Shown here: piece after piece, positions 25,526-37,511 of the stretch
How the letters are laid out: each line of letters starts with the position of its first letter
How positions within the stretch are numbered: position 1 is the first letter of the stretch
Assembly (NCBI GenBank): GCA_016748015.1
Contig: JAAOMT010000183.1
Coordinates: forward strand, 574,787-638,786
Direction of reading: 5' to 3'
Source of the DNA: Geosiphon pyriformis uo1
Lineage: Eukaryota > Fungi > Glomeromycota
DNA length: 64,000 nt
Notes under the pieces: generated by a model
The model's input: the letters and a program-made list of their open reading frames with translations, nothing else
Told to the model about the DNA's origin: nothing
Database searches by the model: none
Position numbers and translations under genes: made by a program

Positions 25526-27311
25526 TATTGAAAAAAAAAGCAGCAGAAACCAAACTGGCATTGTCTATTTTGGCCGAAAGACCCATAACTGTAATTGCAA
25601 GATTTTTCAAAGTGTCCTCCATTTTTTCGATAACAGAAGTATCAAAAACCACTGCTCCCACAACAGTCCCACCACCAGCAACCACACCCAAATCCTTACT
25701 CATCACTATATCCACTTCTTGATTCTGTGACAAAGGGGTCACCAATGGCTGATGTCTAGGGCTACACTAAAAAACCATTGGCTCAGGTGTTTCTAACTTC
25801 TTAGCCAGTATGTTAACATGCTTAGTAAGACTGGCGAGACTATGTTCAATAGCAGCAAACCTATCATTAATTTTAGTCACAACCAGTAGAAATGGCTTTA
25901 TTTCCGAAGAGGAGCCACTATTTACTAAAATAACTTGGCCAAAAAGGGAAGAAGAAGATCCACTTGCAACTTTTGCCCAAGAAAGGCCACCAAAAGAGAC
26001 GGGACGAGCAACAGAAGCAGATTGTTTGGCATATATTGTGGCCAGCCTGCTTTTATCAGCATCTAAAAGCACTCTATATAATGAACTATCAGAGAAAATC
26101 TTCTCACTTCTAGTACAGCTTAATAATGTATAACCTGACTTTTCACATTTGGTGCATCTGGCAAAAACAAAACTAGACCAATGTAAATTAGTTTCCCTTA
26201 ACACTGGTGTAGTTCTTATGGCAGCAATTAATAATCTAACAGAATTGAAACAAATAACAGCACATCTGACCCAAGCATATATAACCGGATATTGATTGAT
26301 AATACAAGTTTTCCCACCCACAGATTTAACAAAGTCTCAGATATTATGAGCATTAGTCCTCATTGGCAGTATATAGAGCAACATCCTATGATGATCTCTT
26401 ACATCCCATGTTTCTTTGTCTAAATCAGCTCTGGCAACATACATGACATTCTTCCCAATAAGGATAGACCACTCAGCTGTGACCAAATCAGCATAAACTA
26501 ATTGCTCAAATTCTATCATTGCTTTCTGTTACAGCCCCACCAATTGTATCTTGATCGACTTAATTATACCAAACTTGAATAGCACAGCACGCACAGTTTC
26601 AGCTAATGTTCTCACTGGAATCTCCTTAATTATTACAGTCCAATCTGAACGACTAGTTGATTTCTTGAGATTGGTGTTTACCAAAATATCTGCCACTCTT
26701 GTCTTTTCCGTAGCCTGCACCAAACTAGATTCAGAAGTGAAGGAACCATGGATGATCTCTGAAAATTTTGAAGGAGTAGAGGCCTCCCCAAAATCATTGA
26801 CTTTTGAAAACAATTTTTTAATCTCCATTAGCTTTTTTTGAGAGAATTTTTCAACCACTTTATCCAAGCCAATATCTAATGTGAAAAATTTCTTAACAGA
26901 AACAATAACCAAATTCTTTAAAGGAGGGAGAAGTTCCAAAGAAACATCCAAAAGAACATTATCATCATTATCACGACCTGAGAAATCTATCTTTTCCAAT
27001 GGCTTGCCCAATGCTTTCTTAGTCTTAACATCTGGCCCTTTGGGTGTCTGATCATGATCCCCATCAGCAATAGTTCTACTCTTGCCATAATCAAAGCTAG
27101 TTTTTTCTACTAGACATTCTTTTTCCATATCAATACTTTCAGACTTGGTGGTGTCACTAGTCTCAGAACTTCATAAACAACCACTTGGCACTTTAATTGG
27201 CACTCTTTTTCCACCAATACCTTCTTTCAAAGTGACACCTTTCCTCTTCTTCCTAGACAAAACAGGCTTGAAACCCTTATCAGCACCAGATTCTTTAGCA
27301 ACCTTCTTCAT
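25525..27311 (-). pseudogene. L3 ORF1 (RRM-like region, Zn knuckle, coiled coil)
   Basis: IIKEIPVRTLAETVRAVLFKFGIIKSIKIQL; CTKCEKSGYTLLSC; SFGGLSWAKVA. Confidence 0.78.
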
Positions 27312-27679
27312 AACGGCAATACTAGGGCTAATAGTGGTCTTGAAATCAAAAAACGGTTTGGTTTTATCATATTGAATGTTGAAAAAAACTTCTTTCAAAA
27401 AAAACTTTTGACTCTTTTTGGGAATTTGGGATGAACAAAAGAAAGAAGTTTTGTTTTAATATTATTTTATAAACAATATTATTTTGTTTTAATATTATTT
27501 TAAGTTTCAATATTGTTTTAAGTTTAATATTATTTTTTTGTTAATATTTTTATAAACTAAAGTTATTTTGGTAAATTATAAAATATTTAGTAAATTGTTT
27601 AATATTTTGGCAATTTTTTAAATATTTTTAAATATTGTATAATTTAATTATTATATTTAGATATATTTATTTTTTATTT

Positions 27680-28500
27680 TATTTTAACAAGTAAGACTTA
27701 ATTACTATTTAATACAATATAATTATCTAAAGTTTTAAATTAAATATAATTTATGTATTTTCTATATATAATCAACTATTCAAATTAGTTCAAGCTATAT
27801 TATATAAATACTCTTAAAGAAAACTTATTCAAAGAAGACATTTTTTGAATAATTTTAAACAATATAGTATTATTACTAACTAATCTAATTAGCCACTTGG
27901 CTGTTTTTAAAGTATCAGTCTTAATAGTAATAAGTTTATGTTTTTATAGTAATATTAAGTTAAAAAACATATCATCATTAATAATAGACAAATTTATATG
28001 AAAACCAGACATATTAATATTTTTGTAATCATACTCAATTTTTAATACAATTATTTTTTGTTTTAATTTACCAACTGCTTTATTAAAGATACTTATATAT
28101 ATTAAAATTTTATTGATTCTAAAGCCATGTGCACTATTTAAAACCAGATTATTATTAATAAATTGTTCAAATACAGCAACCAAAAATCTAACTGGCTTAA
28201 CAATAGACTTAATTAAAGCAGAAAACTTGGCCAAATTAGACTTCAAAGAGGCCAATTAAGAAAAAATTGCAAAAATATTAGCCAATATATTAGTAAAAAA
28301 AACAGAACAAACTAAAAGACTAAAAACCAAAAAAAAATACAAGAACAACAACCTTAGCATAAAACTTAATACCAACAAAATAAGACATAAAAGCTCTAAA
28401 ATTTTTGGGAAGAAAAAATAAAGACACTTTATAATTAATAACTAAATAGTCTAAATCTTAATATTTAAAGCAATATTAGTATTTAGAAGTTTTTTACCAG
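27680..28500 (-). mobile_element. ORF1-only (HAL1-like) non-autonomous retroposon, 3' part; cut at 28500 by an LTR
   Basis: Decayed CCHC knuckle, FVGIKFYAK motif and coiled coil; stop at 27800-27802; then a 3' UTR homologous to that of L3. Confidence 0.68.
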
Positions 28501-29224
28501 TATTATCAGAGGTTTTTGGTCTTTTTTCTTGAATGTTATTAATGTTTATTTGCTGTTAATTTATATTTTCTAGAAGCAATTAAATCTTTAATAACTGAAT
28601 TTATCTTCAAATTATCTCTTATAATTTGAACTGCTAAGCTTATAAATAGAATAGCGAATTCTATACCAGTTATTTTATATAGTTATTTTGTAGTAAAAGT
28701 CAACTTTTTTTCAAAAATTGCTTACTTTGCTGTAAAAATCAATTCTTTTACAAAAATCTTATTTGTAGATTACTCTAATAATTATAATAATAAAAAAATA
28801 AAATAAATAAAAGCAATATAAAAGAATTAGAATTTTGTTAAAAGAATTGTTTTCTATTTAGACTTGAAGTTATTAATAAATTACTAAAATTGATAGCTAG
28901 TTAATTTTAAAATGTTAATTGAGTTTTGGAAATATTAAATATAATTATTTCAAAAATTGGTTTTTTAAAGTATATTTTTATTTTTTATTTTTGTATTAAT
29001 AAAGATAAAATTAAAACAAAATATATTTTTTTAAAAAAAAAGCTCTTTTTTTATATAACTTATTGTAAAACTAATTTGTAAACTTAAACTTTTTTTTTTG
29101 CTATAATTTTAATAAACTAAAGATATATTTTGACAAATTATAAGTTATTTTGTTAAACTATTAATTATTTTGGTAAATTATTTATTATTTTGGCAAATTT
29201 TTACAAATTTTGAATGTTACATAA
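28501..29224 (-). repeat. A/E/F-family LTR (degenerate), interrupted by element G
   Basis: tattatcagaggtttttggtc is the reverse complement of the LTR end ...caaaaacctctggtaaca; collinear for ~720 bp. Confidence 0.85.
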
Positions 29225-32200
29225 TGTTATAAATAATTATTTAGAGTGTTAATACAAATAATAAATCCATAACTTAGTGTTTAATAGCTGGTAACATTAA
29301 TAATTTCTAAAGATTTTTGTGATCTGAAGATTTTGGTTAAGTTTTTTATATAATAAACAGAGATTTAATTGATAATTTCTTCCATAAATTTTTTTCTTCA
29401 GCATAATGGCTGGTTTATTCTGGCAGTTGTGTCTTTTTGATAAGTTATTTTTAAATTTTTATCCTTTTTCTTGGGTTTTTTTTAGGCTATTCTTAATATT
29501 AAATACTTAATACTTAATTTTTTTAATTAATTAGTAAACAACAAAAAAATAAAACAAAAAAAAATAAAAAATAAAAAATTAGTATCTTGTCAATAGTTAT
29601 GATCAAAAACTATTGGTTCAGTGTGGTTAAATATTGGATTTTATCAACATAAAATGTTAATAGAATAGAATAAATTAATTTTTTTTTAATTAAGCAATAA
29701 TAACATAGATTAAATAATAATAAATAATTTTATTAATATAAGAATAATTTTATTTTAAGTTATAGAAAACTATCTTTTGAAAAAAGATGTATTGTTGTTT
29801 TAAATTCTATTAAATTTTTTTGGAATTATTTTTTCTACTTTTAATACTTTCACTATATATACATAATTTATATTATATAAAATTTCTTGAAATTCTTCAA
29901 TTTTTTTGAAAAAAATCCTCAAATTCTGCAATTCTGCAATTTTTTAAGAGAAATCCTAGAATTTTGGAATATCTGAAATCAAACTCTGTATTAATATTAT
30001 ATATATGTTTTGGCATAATACTCTTATTATTATTACTAAACTATTTAAATTTTTGCTTCTGTAAAAAATCTGGAAACATAATATATTGTTTAAAGTTTTG
30101 AATTATTATTATTGTTATTGTTATTGTGAATAAAGTTGGAACTATTATTGTTATTATTATTAGAATTTAAATTGGAATTGAATTTTAATTTTAATTCTGA
30201 AACATATTTGCTGATTGGTTCTTTTTCTTTAAGAATTAAATAGATTATGCATAATAGTAAATTGTAAATAAGATCACAATAATTACAATATTCAAAGTCA
30301 CTGAGAATTAGGCAATATTTACAAAATCTAGTATTTAATTATTCTAAATACTGCTCTTGTTTTTCTTAAGTGGATACTAGATCTTAGTAGTAGAATGGTT
30401 TTTTTTTTGATCTTAACAAGTATAGAATATGCTAATTATTATTTGTTTTTTCTGTAGAAATGGTGGCTTGTAATTTATTTATTTATTTATTTTTTTCTCT
30501 TGTTATTTCAAAAGAATATTAGTGGAAGTTTATTGTATTTGTTTTCAGCCTACAAGACTTGATAGGCTTTTCAGATAGATTTTTTTTTTCAAACTCAATT
30601 AGTAGTAATTAAGTAGTAGTATTTGTTTTAAAATAACCATAGATAGCTGGTATCTAAGTTTGCTAATCATTTTAACTAAGTTATAGCTCTTGTATGGTTT
30701 AGTTAAGTACAGTATTGGTTTTGGACAGCCAGTTATTACCAATAAGAACTTAGTATTATGTGGCTTTTATTATGAAAACTTTGATTAGCATAATAATGCT
30801 ATTGACTTTGAAGAAAAAGTTATTAATTTTGCCAATAAGAGTTTTTATTACTTTATTGACTGTAATAATTCTGGCATTGGCAGTATGATTAACTTGGTAA
30901 CTTAATTAGTACATAAGTTGTTATATAATAATGTTGCTTGCTAACTTACTATCAAGAATTAGTTTAATAAGATGGCTATCAATTATGGCATTGATATATA
31001 TGACTGTAATAAGTTTAATATTAAGAGCAATTTTATTAAATAATAGAGTTTTTAATTAGATTTCCAACTCAAATAGAAAGATAATGACTAGTAATTTGTT
31101 TTTTATAAAAGTTGTTAATGGAATATTGTTGGTAAGTAGTATTGAGTTGGTTTCTAAGCTGTTAAATAGGTTGTTTTCTTAAGTAACCAAGAAACTTATA
31201 TAGTTCTACAAATTCGAATTTTGAATATACTACTTCCCAAATTTTTTGATTGTAATCCTGATAACTGGCTTAATAAATTAAAAATTGCTTAATATATAAC
31301 TATTGCCAATTTCCAATTTTGCTGGGTGTGAATAATTCTTGGTCTTAAATTTCCAGTTAATATAAACACAGTAATTTGGGATAGCATTTGAATTTGTTGG
31401 AATTAATAAATTACTTGTGACTGTGGTAGTTAATAAATTATTGATGTTGAAGTCTAATAGATTAAAAGTATATATATAGGTTGTTATATTATTTGGAAGT
31501 AATAAGGCTGATATGGGTGTAATCTCAATGATAAATTATTGGTGTAATTTTGGATTTGAAACTTGCAATTAGTGTTTTAATATTGATTTTTTGATTGTTG
31601 GTTATTAAATCTAAAGTAATAATCTGCTTTTAAATGACCTTGTTTACGATAATAATGACAATTACACATTTTTTGTTATTATAGTTAATTTAATAATAAC
31701 AATAATAAACATAATAAATTTTGGAAGTAATTGGAATATCTTTAATTGTTGTAACATTAAAAAAGTTAATAAATTGTCTAATTATTAGCTAAATATCTTT
31801 CTATTTTTTGATTAATGACTTTACCAAATTGTTTCAATTTGGTATTCAATTCAGATAATCCATTTATTACTAGATTTACAGCTTGGGCATAATTAACTTT
31901 AAATTTGGCTAATTCAAAATTTTTGGCATGTATAACTGCATTTTAAAGAGTATTTAGATATATTACACATATTTATTATAATAAGCTGTTGTGTAATCTA
32001 CAAATAAATTGGTTCAAAATCTGTGCTACTATAAAATAGTCAGTTTGAATTGTCTGAATTTGGTGTAGATTTTTGTTAAAACATTTTAAGTAAGTAGTAA
32101 TTGCTTTAGTATTATCTTGTTTAATTATGATAAAACTAGTTAACAAATAATTTAGACTATTATTGTTGCTGAAATACTATAGAAATGTCATAGAAATACA

Positions 32201-33534
32201 GTTTTGAATATGTCAAAATCTTGTGATTTGTTTACAAAATTCTGGTATCACAAGTTAATAATATTCTAAAAAAAGTATAAAATAACTTAAATTGCTTTGG
32301 TATTGTTTTATCCATTAACTGTAATGGCTTTTTCTATATCATTTAGTTATGTTTGGGCATTGTTTTCTTCACTGGTGAATTTTTTTAGTTTAGTAATAAG
32401 TACATATACTATTGGTACAAGTTGTTATTGTTAAAGTTGTTGTTATTGTTGTTATTATCTGACAATTGGTACAACTGGTGAATTAATTATAATAACTGAA
32501 GATAAGTTTTGCTGAAAAATAAGAACAAAATTTAGATTATTCAGATTTTGTTGGGTTTAAACAATTGGAGTTATAATTTTCAGATTAATTGAGATCAAGT
32601 TTTGATTATTATTTCTCTAATTTCTGTTTTTTTTTTCTGATTTGGTATTTTTTTAATGACTAGTAGATCTGAAATTTGGTTAAAATAGTAATAATTAAAG
32701 TTCTGATGATATTGTTAATTACAATTTAAATTCTTTAAAAAAATTGCCATAGGTTTCTAATAATTTGGCTTTCTCTTAATTATTTTGAAATAGTATTCAA
32801 AATAATAATGTTTTTGCCATTAATGTTGATATAGATTCAGATAGTATGTGTATTATATTTTCTGATATATAATAGTATATTAATAAATAGGTAAAACAAT
32901 TTTTGGTTTCTTTTAAATCAGCAGTTGTATTTTCTTTAGTGTTCTTGCTAGAGTTTATAATTTTTTTTGTTTGCAAAAGTAATAAAAAATCTTTGCTAGG
33001 TGTACTTCTTAATTTTTTTGTTTATTTTTGTAATTAGTAGAGCAAACAGATAATTTGATAAAAGAGTAATATTTTGTAATAGTTTACTATAGAAATTTTT
33101 AAGGACAGCTTTTTAATCTTTTTGGTTTTCCAAGTAGAATTTAATTTTTTTGTTAATGTAGAAATTGAAAACTGATTCTGCTAACTAATAATTACTTGTC
33201 AGTCTAAAATGAATTTGGTAATGTTAAAATAAGAATTTTGTGAATCTTAAATGATTTTTTTCTATAATTTCTTGGTTTGCCACTTTTCCAAATTGTTAAT
33301 GTTAATGCTGGTTTTCTGTTGAATTATATCTTACAAAAAGCACCAAATATTACAAATAATTATTTGGAGTGTTGGTACAAATAACAAACTCATAACTTAG
33401 TGCTCAATAGCTGATAACATTAGTAATTTTCAAAGGTTTTTATCATCTAAAAATTTTGGTTGAGTTTTTTGTATAATGAACAGAGATTCAATTAATAGTT
33501 TCTTTTGTGAATTTTTTTTTAGTATGGTGATTAA
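29225..33534 (-). mobile_element. Element G: heavily mutated, internally deleted B/C-related LTR element (gag-PR to start of dUTPase only)
   Basis: 3' LTR ~29225-29890; dUTPase motif 1 remnant ~29975; PR LILDSKLASNII ~30950; gag; PBS 33330-33345; 5' LTR part 33348-33534, cut by D. Confidence 0.8.
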
Positions 33535-34526
33535 TGTTACTCATAAAGAAAATGTATAAAAAAAAATAGTAAGAAAACAGATAAACCAATAAGAAAGTAA
33601 TAGTTAGCATGTGAATATATTGCTCAGTAATATGGAGCAATATCAGGAATTACAGCACATTGTTTAGCAATATAAGAAAATTAGGACACATTGCTTAAGA
33701 AATTATAGCATATTGCTTGGGAATGTAAGCGATATTATAATTCAAGAATTTATTAGATTTATAAATAATATAAATTAGCCAATTATGAAATAGCACAGTA
33801 ACAATTTATAAAAAAAAATGATTTACAAATAACAGCAAGCATTATTTTACAATAGCAACAAGCACTATTATGCAAAAGCAGCAAGCACTATTTAGAAATA
33901 ACAGAAATAGAGTATTACAAGATGTTATTTTGTAAAACAATAATTATATATATATACAATAGTTTTTAATAATGAAGAATAGAACAGCTTTAACTTGAAG
34001 CAACAAATATCTAAATAAAATTTTATTTAAAAAGAATTAATAAAAAAATAATAAATTGAATAAACATCACAATTATGAGATTAACAATAGAATTTACATA
34101 CCCTCTCTAGCAAATGAAACTATCATTCTATCTCTGAACCCTTTGGAAAAATAATCCTTGATCAAAATTATTTATGTGGTTACTAATTAAATTGAAAAAG
34201 CTTTATTATATACTTAGAGAAATTGCAAAAAAGCCATTAACATTCTATGTTTCTAGATTAGAGAAACACATTAGGCAATTACAAAGATAGCCTCAGAGAA
34301 GACCCCAGACAGTGGGTAGATTTCAGATTAGTCTTTGGAAAGAAGTACACAACATACAAAGACAACTAGAATTAAAGAGAAGACTTACATCACAATATCA
34401 AGAAAAAACTTTCAGTATATTATCATTAATATTCAATACATAAAATAGAGAAACTCATGAGAGACTGATTGCAATTAAAATGGGAGATCAACAATTAAAA
34501 TATACCAAAAAAACACTCTCATAACA
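33535..34526 (+). repeat. 5' LTR of D (992 bp)
   Basis: TGTTAC...ATAACA termini, followed by TT and a PBS. Confidence 0.8.
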
Positions 34527-34528
34527 TT

Positions 34529-34545
34529 TGGTAAACCCTATGAGG
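34529..34545 (+). promoter_or_regulatory. Primer-binding site of D
   Basis: TGGTAAACCCTATGAGG, 2 nt after the LTR; differs from the B/C/G PBS. Confidence 0.65.
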
Positions 34546-35917
34546 AAAAAAAATCAAAAAATAATAATAATTAGCAATAATTCATTGCTAAAAAAGAAGA
34601 AACAAAAGTGGTGACAAAAACTCCTAACTTTACTGTTGTTAAATTCTGCCATGTCTTTTATTTATAACATCAAAGTGATTTTGGATTACCAGAAGAGTGT
34701 TGTCCAGCTGAAAATGTTCTCACCTATTAAATTAACACCAGAATAAATTATTACATAGAAAGGGAAGAAGAACCAAATGATACAAAACATCAATTATATA
34801 GGAAATTATCTCAATTTACTACAAAAAAAACAACAGTATTAGCTGTGACTATTGTTCAAATTCATTGTAAAATTGAGCAATATGCCAACAAAAATTACCT
34901 AATATCTACAAGAAACACCAGAGAACACGTTCACAATCCAGAAATTAATTATGAAAAAAATCAGCAAAAATTAAGAACACCTGTCTAAACACCCAAGAAA
35001 AATGTCATGCAATCAGTAAAAAAACAACGTCTTCATTCACCAAAAGAAAGATCTTACCATTTTTCTTCAGATAATAAAATCCAACTCCCTTTAGGAGCTG
35101 CATTATCATCTACATCAACTCCACAAATGCCAAAAACTTTTAATTACACTGAAAAGCTCAAACAACACAATTAAGAAAATATATCAATTACAGAAAGATA
35201 TTCATTGCTATTCCAAAAACCCCTTTTTCAACCAAAATTTAGAGCAGGGTTTGAAAACCATAAAGAGGAGTCTGAATTAGAATCCAAAGAAACCAGTGAA
35301 AAAACAAGCATAAGACCAATCACTAAAACAAGCAGCCAGTTTAGAAACCAAAAAACTCATGATCAAGAAGAAGAACCAGATATAAAAAAAGCCACCTTTA
35401 GGAACGCTCAAAGAAATATCATCCCATCTCCTCTTAAACCAATAAATTCACTAGCAGGAAACAACAACAAAATAGTCACACTATACATCACACAATTAAC
35501 GGATTTCTCAGGAGAAGAAGAAGAAATAGATGTGCACACATGGCTCAAAGAAGCACAAAAAGCCATCTAGGCAAATAACTGGAATAATCAAAGAGCAATC
35601 AAAACATTATCTTTCTTTTTGAAAGACACTGTCAACTCATAATATCAAAGCTTGGAAACAAAACCCACAAGCTTTGCTGAATTCAAAGATGCACTCTTGG
35701 AGTATTTTAGTGACTCAAACACCATAATCCAACTGCAGAACAAATTCCATACTATCAAGCAAGGTACAGATGAAACTGTTACCCAATACCTTGCTTAATT
35801 TAATCGAATTTGCCATCAGATTGAAGTGATTGAGCAAAGATACTATACTGATCCTCAAGTTTTAAATCAATTTATTAGAAGATTAAAAAGCAGCATTTTA
35901 GAAAGAGTATGCTCTGC

Positions 35918-36807
35918 TGTTACAAATAATTATTTGGGGTCTCAAGTCAAATAACAAATTTGTAACTTGGTGCTTAATTGGTCTTATGGGTTTGATATTT
36001 GAAGGTTTTGTAGTGGAGTTCTTTGTATAATAAACAGAGATTTAATGACAATATAGTTGGTTGGTAAGTTGTTTTCCCAATTTCTGTCTTTAGTGTAGTG
36101 ATCAGTTTATTCTGACAGTTGTGCCCTTCTAGTAAGCTATCTGTTAATATATATATGATTCTACTCTTATTTCTGAGTCTTTTACCAGGCTATCTATGAT
36201 GTTAATAACTCAGTACTTTAATCCCTAATCAATTAGTATACAACAATAAAATCAAAGAAAAGAAAATAAAAGAAATAAAAAAATGAGTCAAGGCAATATA
36301 CAAGTTAGTATTCCATCAATAGCCATGATCAAGAGCTATTGTTCCAGTATAATTAAGTGTTAATGACTATCAATATAAAGTGTTGATAGTGAAAAGTAAA
36401 TATTAGGATATTGAATAATTATTTTATTAATATTTTCAATGTGGAAGGTGGCTTAGATTAAATCTAAACTCAGAGGTCTCTAACTAAAGGATTCTGCCTT
36501 TTCTATTTCTAATGTTACTGCTATATATACATAATTGATGTTCTATGAGATCACTTATATTCCCAAGTGATGTGCTATGATTTCTTGAGCAATGCTCACA
36601 TTGCTGAGCAATGTGCTCTAATTTTCTAATATCACTCCACATTGCTGAGCAATGTGTCATGTTTTCTGATATTGCTCTATATTGCAGAGCAATGTGCTGT
36701 AATTTCTGTTATTGCTCTACATTTCTGAGCAATGTACTCATGTACTAAATACTATTCACTTATTGGTTTACTATTTTCCCTATATCTGTTTCTTTTTATA
36801 AGTAATA
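35918..36807 (-). repeat. 3' LTR of C (890 bp)
   Basis: Direct repeat of 45223-46112; preceded by PPT AAAAAAGAGAAGATAA (36808-36823). Confidence 0.93.
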
Positions 36808-36821
36808 TTATCTTCTCTTTT

Positions 36822-37457
36822 TTAATATTGAGCTCCATCAAAATCTTCATTCTAAATTAGCTTTAATACTTCTTTTTCTAGTATTGTTTGTTCGACTTTA
36901 TTTTTTACATCTTTTATTTGTACATTGTTCATTTGTTCCCATTGGTTAATGGTTATGGTTTCCATGTTCAAGTATAACAGTATTTTTGGATAGTTCCGAA
37001 ATATGTTATGTAATCAGTACATTGTCTTAACATGTAGTGTTGAATTCATTTTCTTTCCAATAAATTTTTCAATTTGTTGGATTATGTCTTGGTTGAATAT
37101 TCTCTTGGATTTGTCAATATACAACTCTTGAATATTCAACTTTTGACCTAACTGATAGTAGCAATATGATATTAGAAGTCGTTTTGTCTATTGCTTCCAA
37201 TTTTTTTTTATAAGCTCTTTTGTTGGTACCATAATAGGTATTTTTCCAAAAGTGTTCTTTACTTTTTTTATTAAGTTATCTGTTCAGTTTTTATCATTCT
37301 TTGGTAGTTACTAATATAATGTATTCTTTGTCTTTCTTTGGGTGTTTTGATAACAAATTATTTGGTTGTTAATAATAATTTTCATGTCTAACTGTTGTTG
37401 ACTTAAGGCCTGGAACAATTGTTGAGCTATAGTGTGAATATAATCTGGTATTTCCAT
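36822..37457 (-). pseudogene. C ORF3 (212 codons, in-frame stops; not in ORF track)
   Basis: Manual translation: MEIPDYIHTIAQQLFQAL...SYCYYQLGQKL...KFIGKKMNSTLHVKTMY*LHNIFRNYPKIL; homologous to ORF3 of A and H. Confidence 0.8.
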
Positions 37458-37511
37458 CTTTCTTGGTTGCTTTTGTCACATGTACTATGTCTTTATATAC
37501 TTTTTGGTTGT

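Larger units (their letters stand above)
20712..27440 (-). mobile_element. LINE L3, full-length but degenerate
   Basis: ORF1 and ORF2, a ~120-nt 3' UTR and an A-rich tail at 20701-20720. Confidence 0.9.

Noticed and set aside
36597-36736. CRISPR-like palindromic repeat-spacer pattern
   Set aside because: The spacers resemble each other, the array lies inside both LTRs, and there are no cas genes in this eukaryotic TE context.
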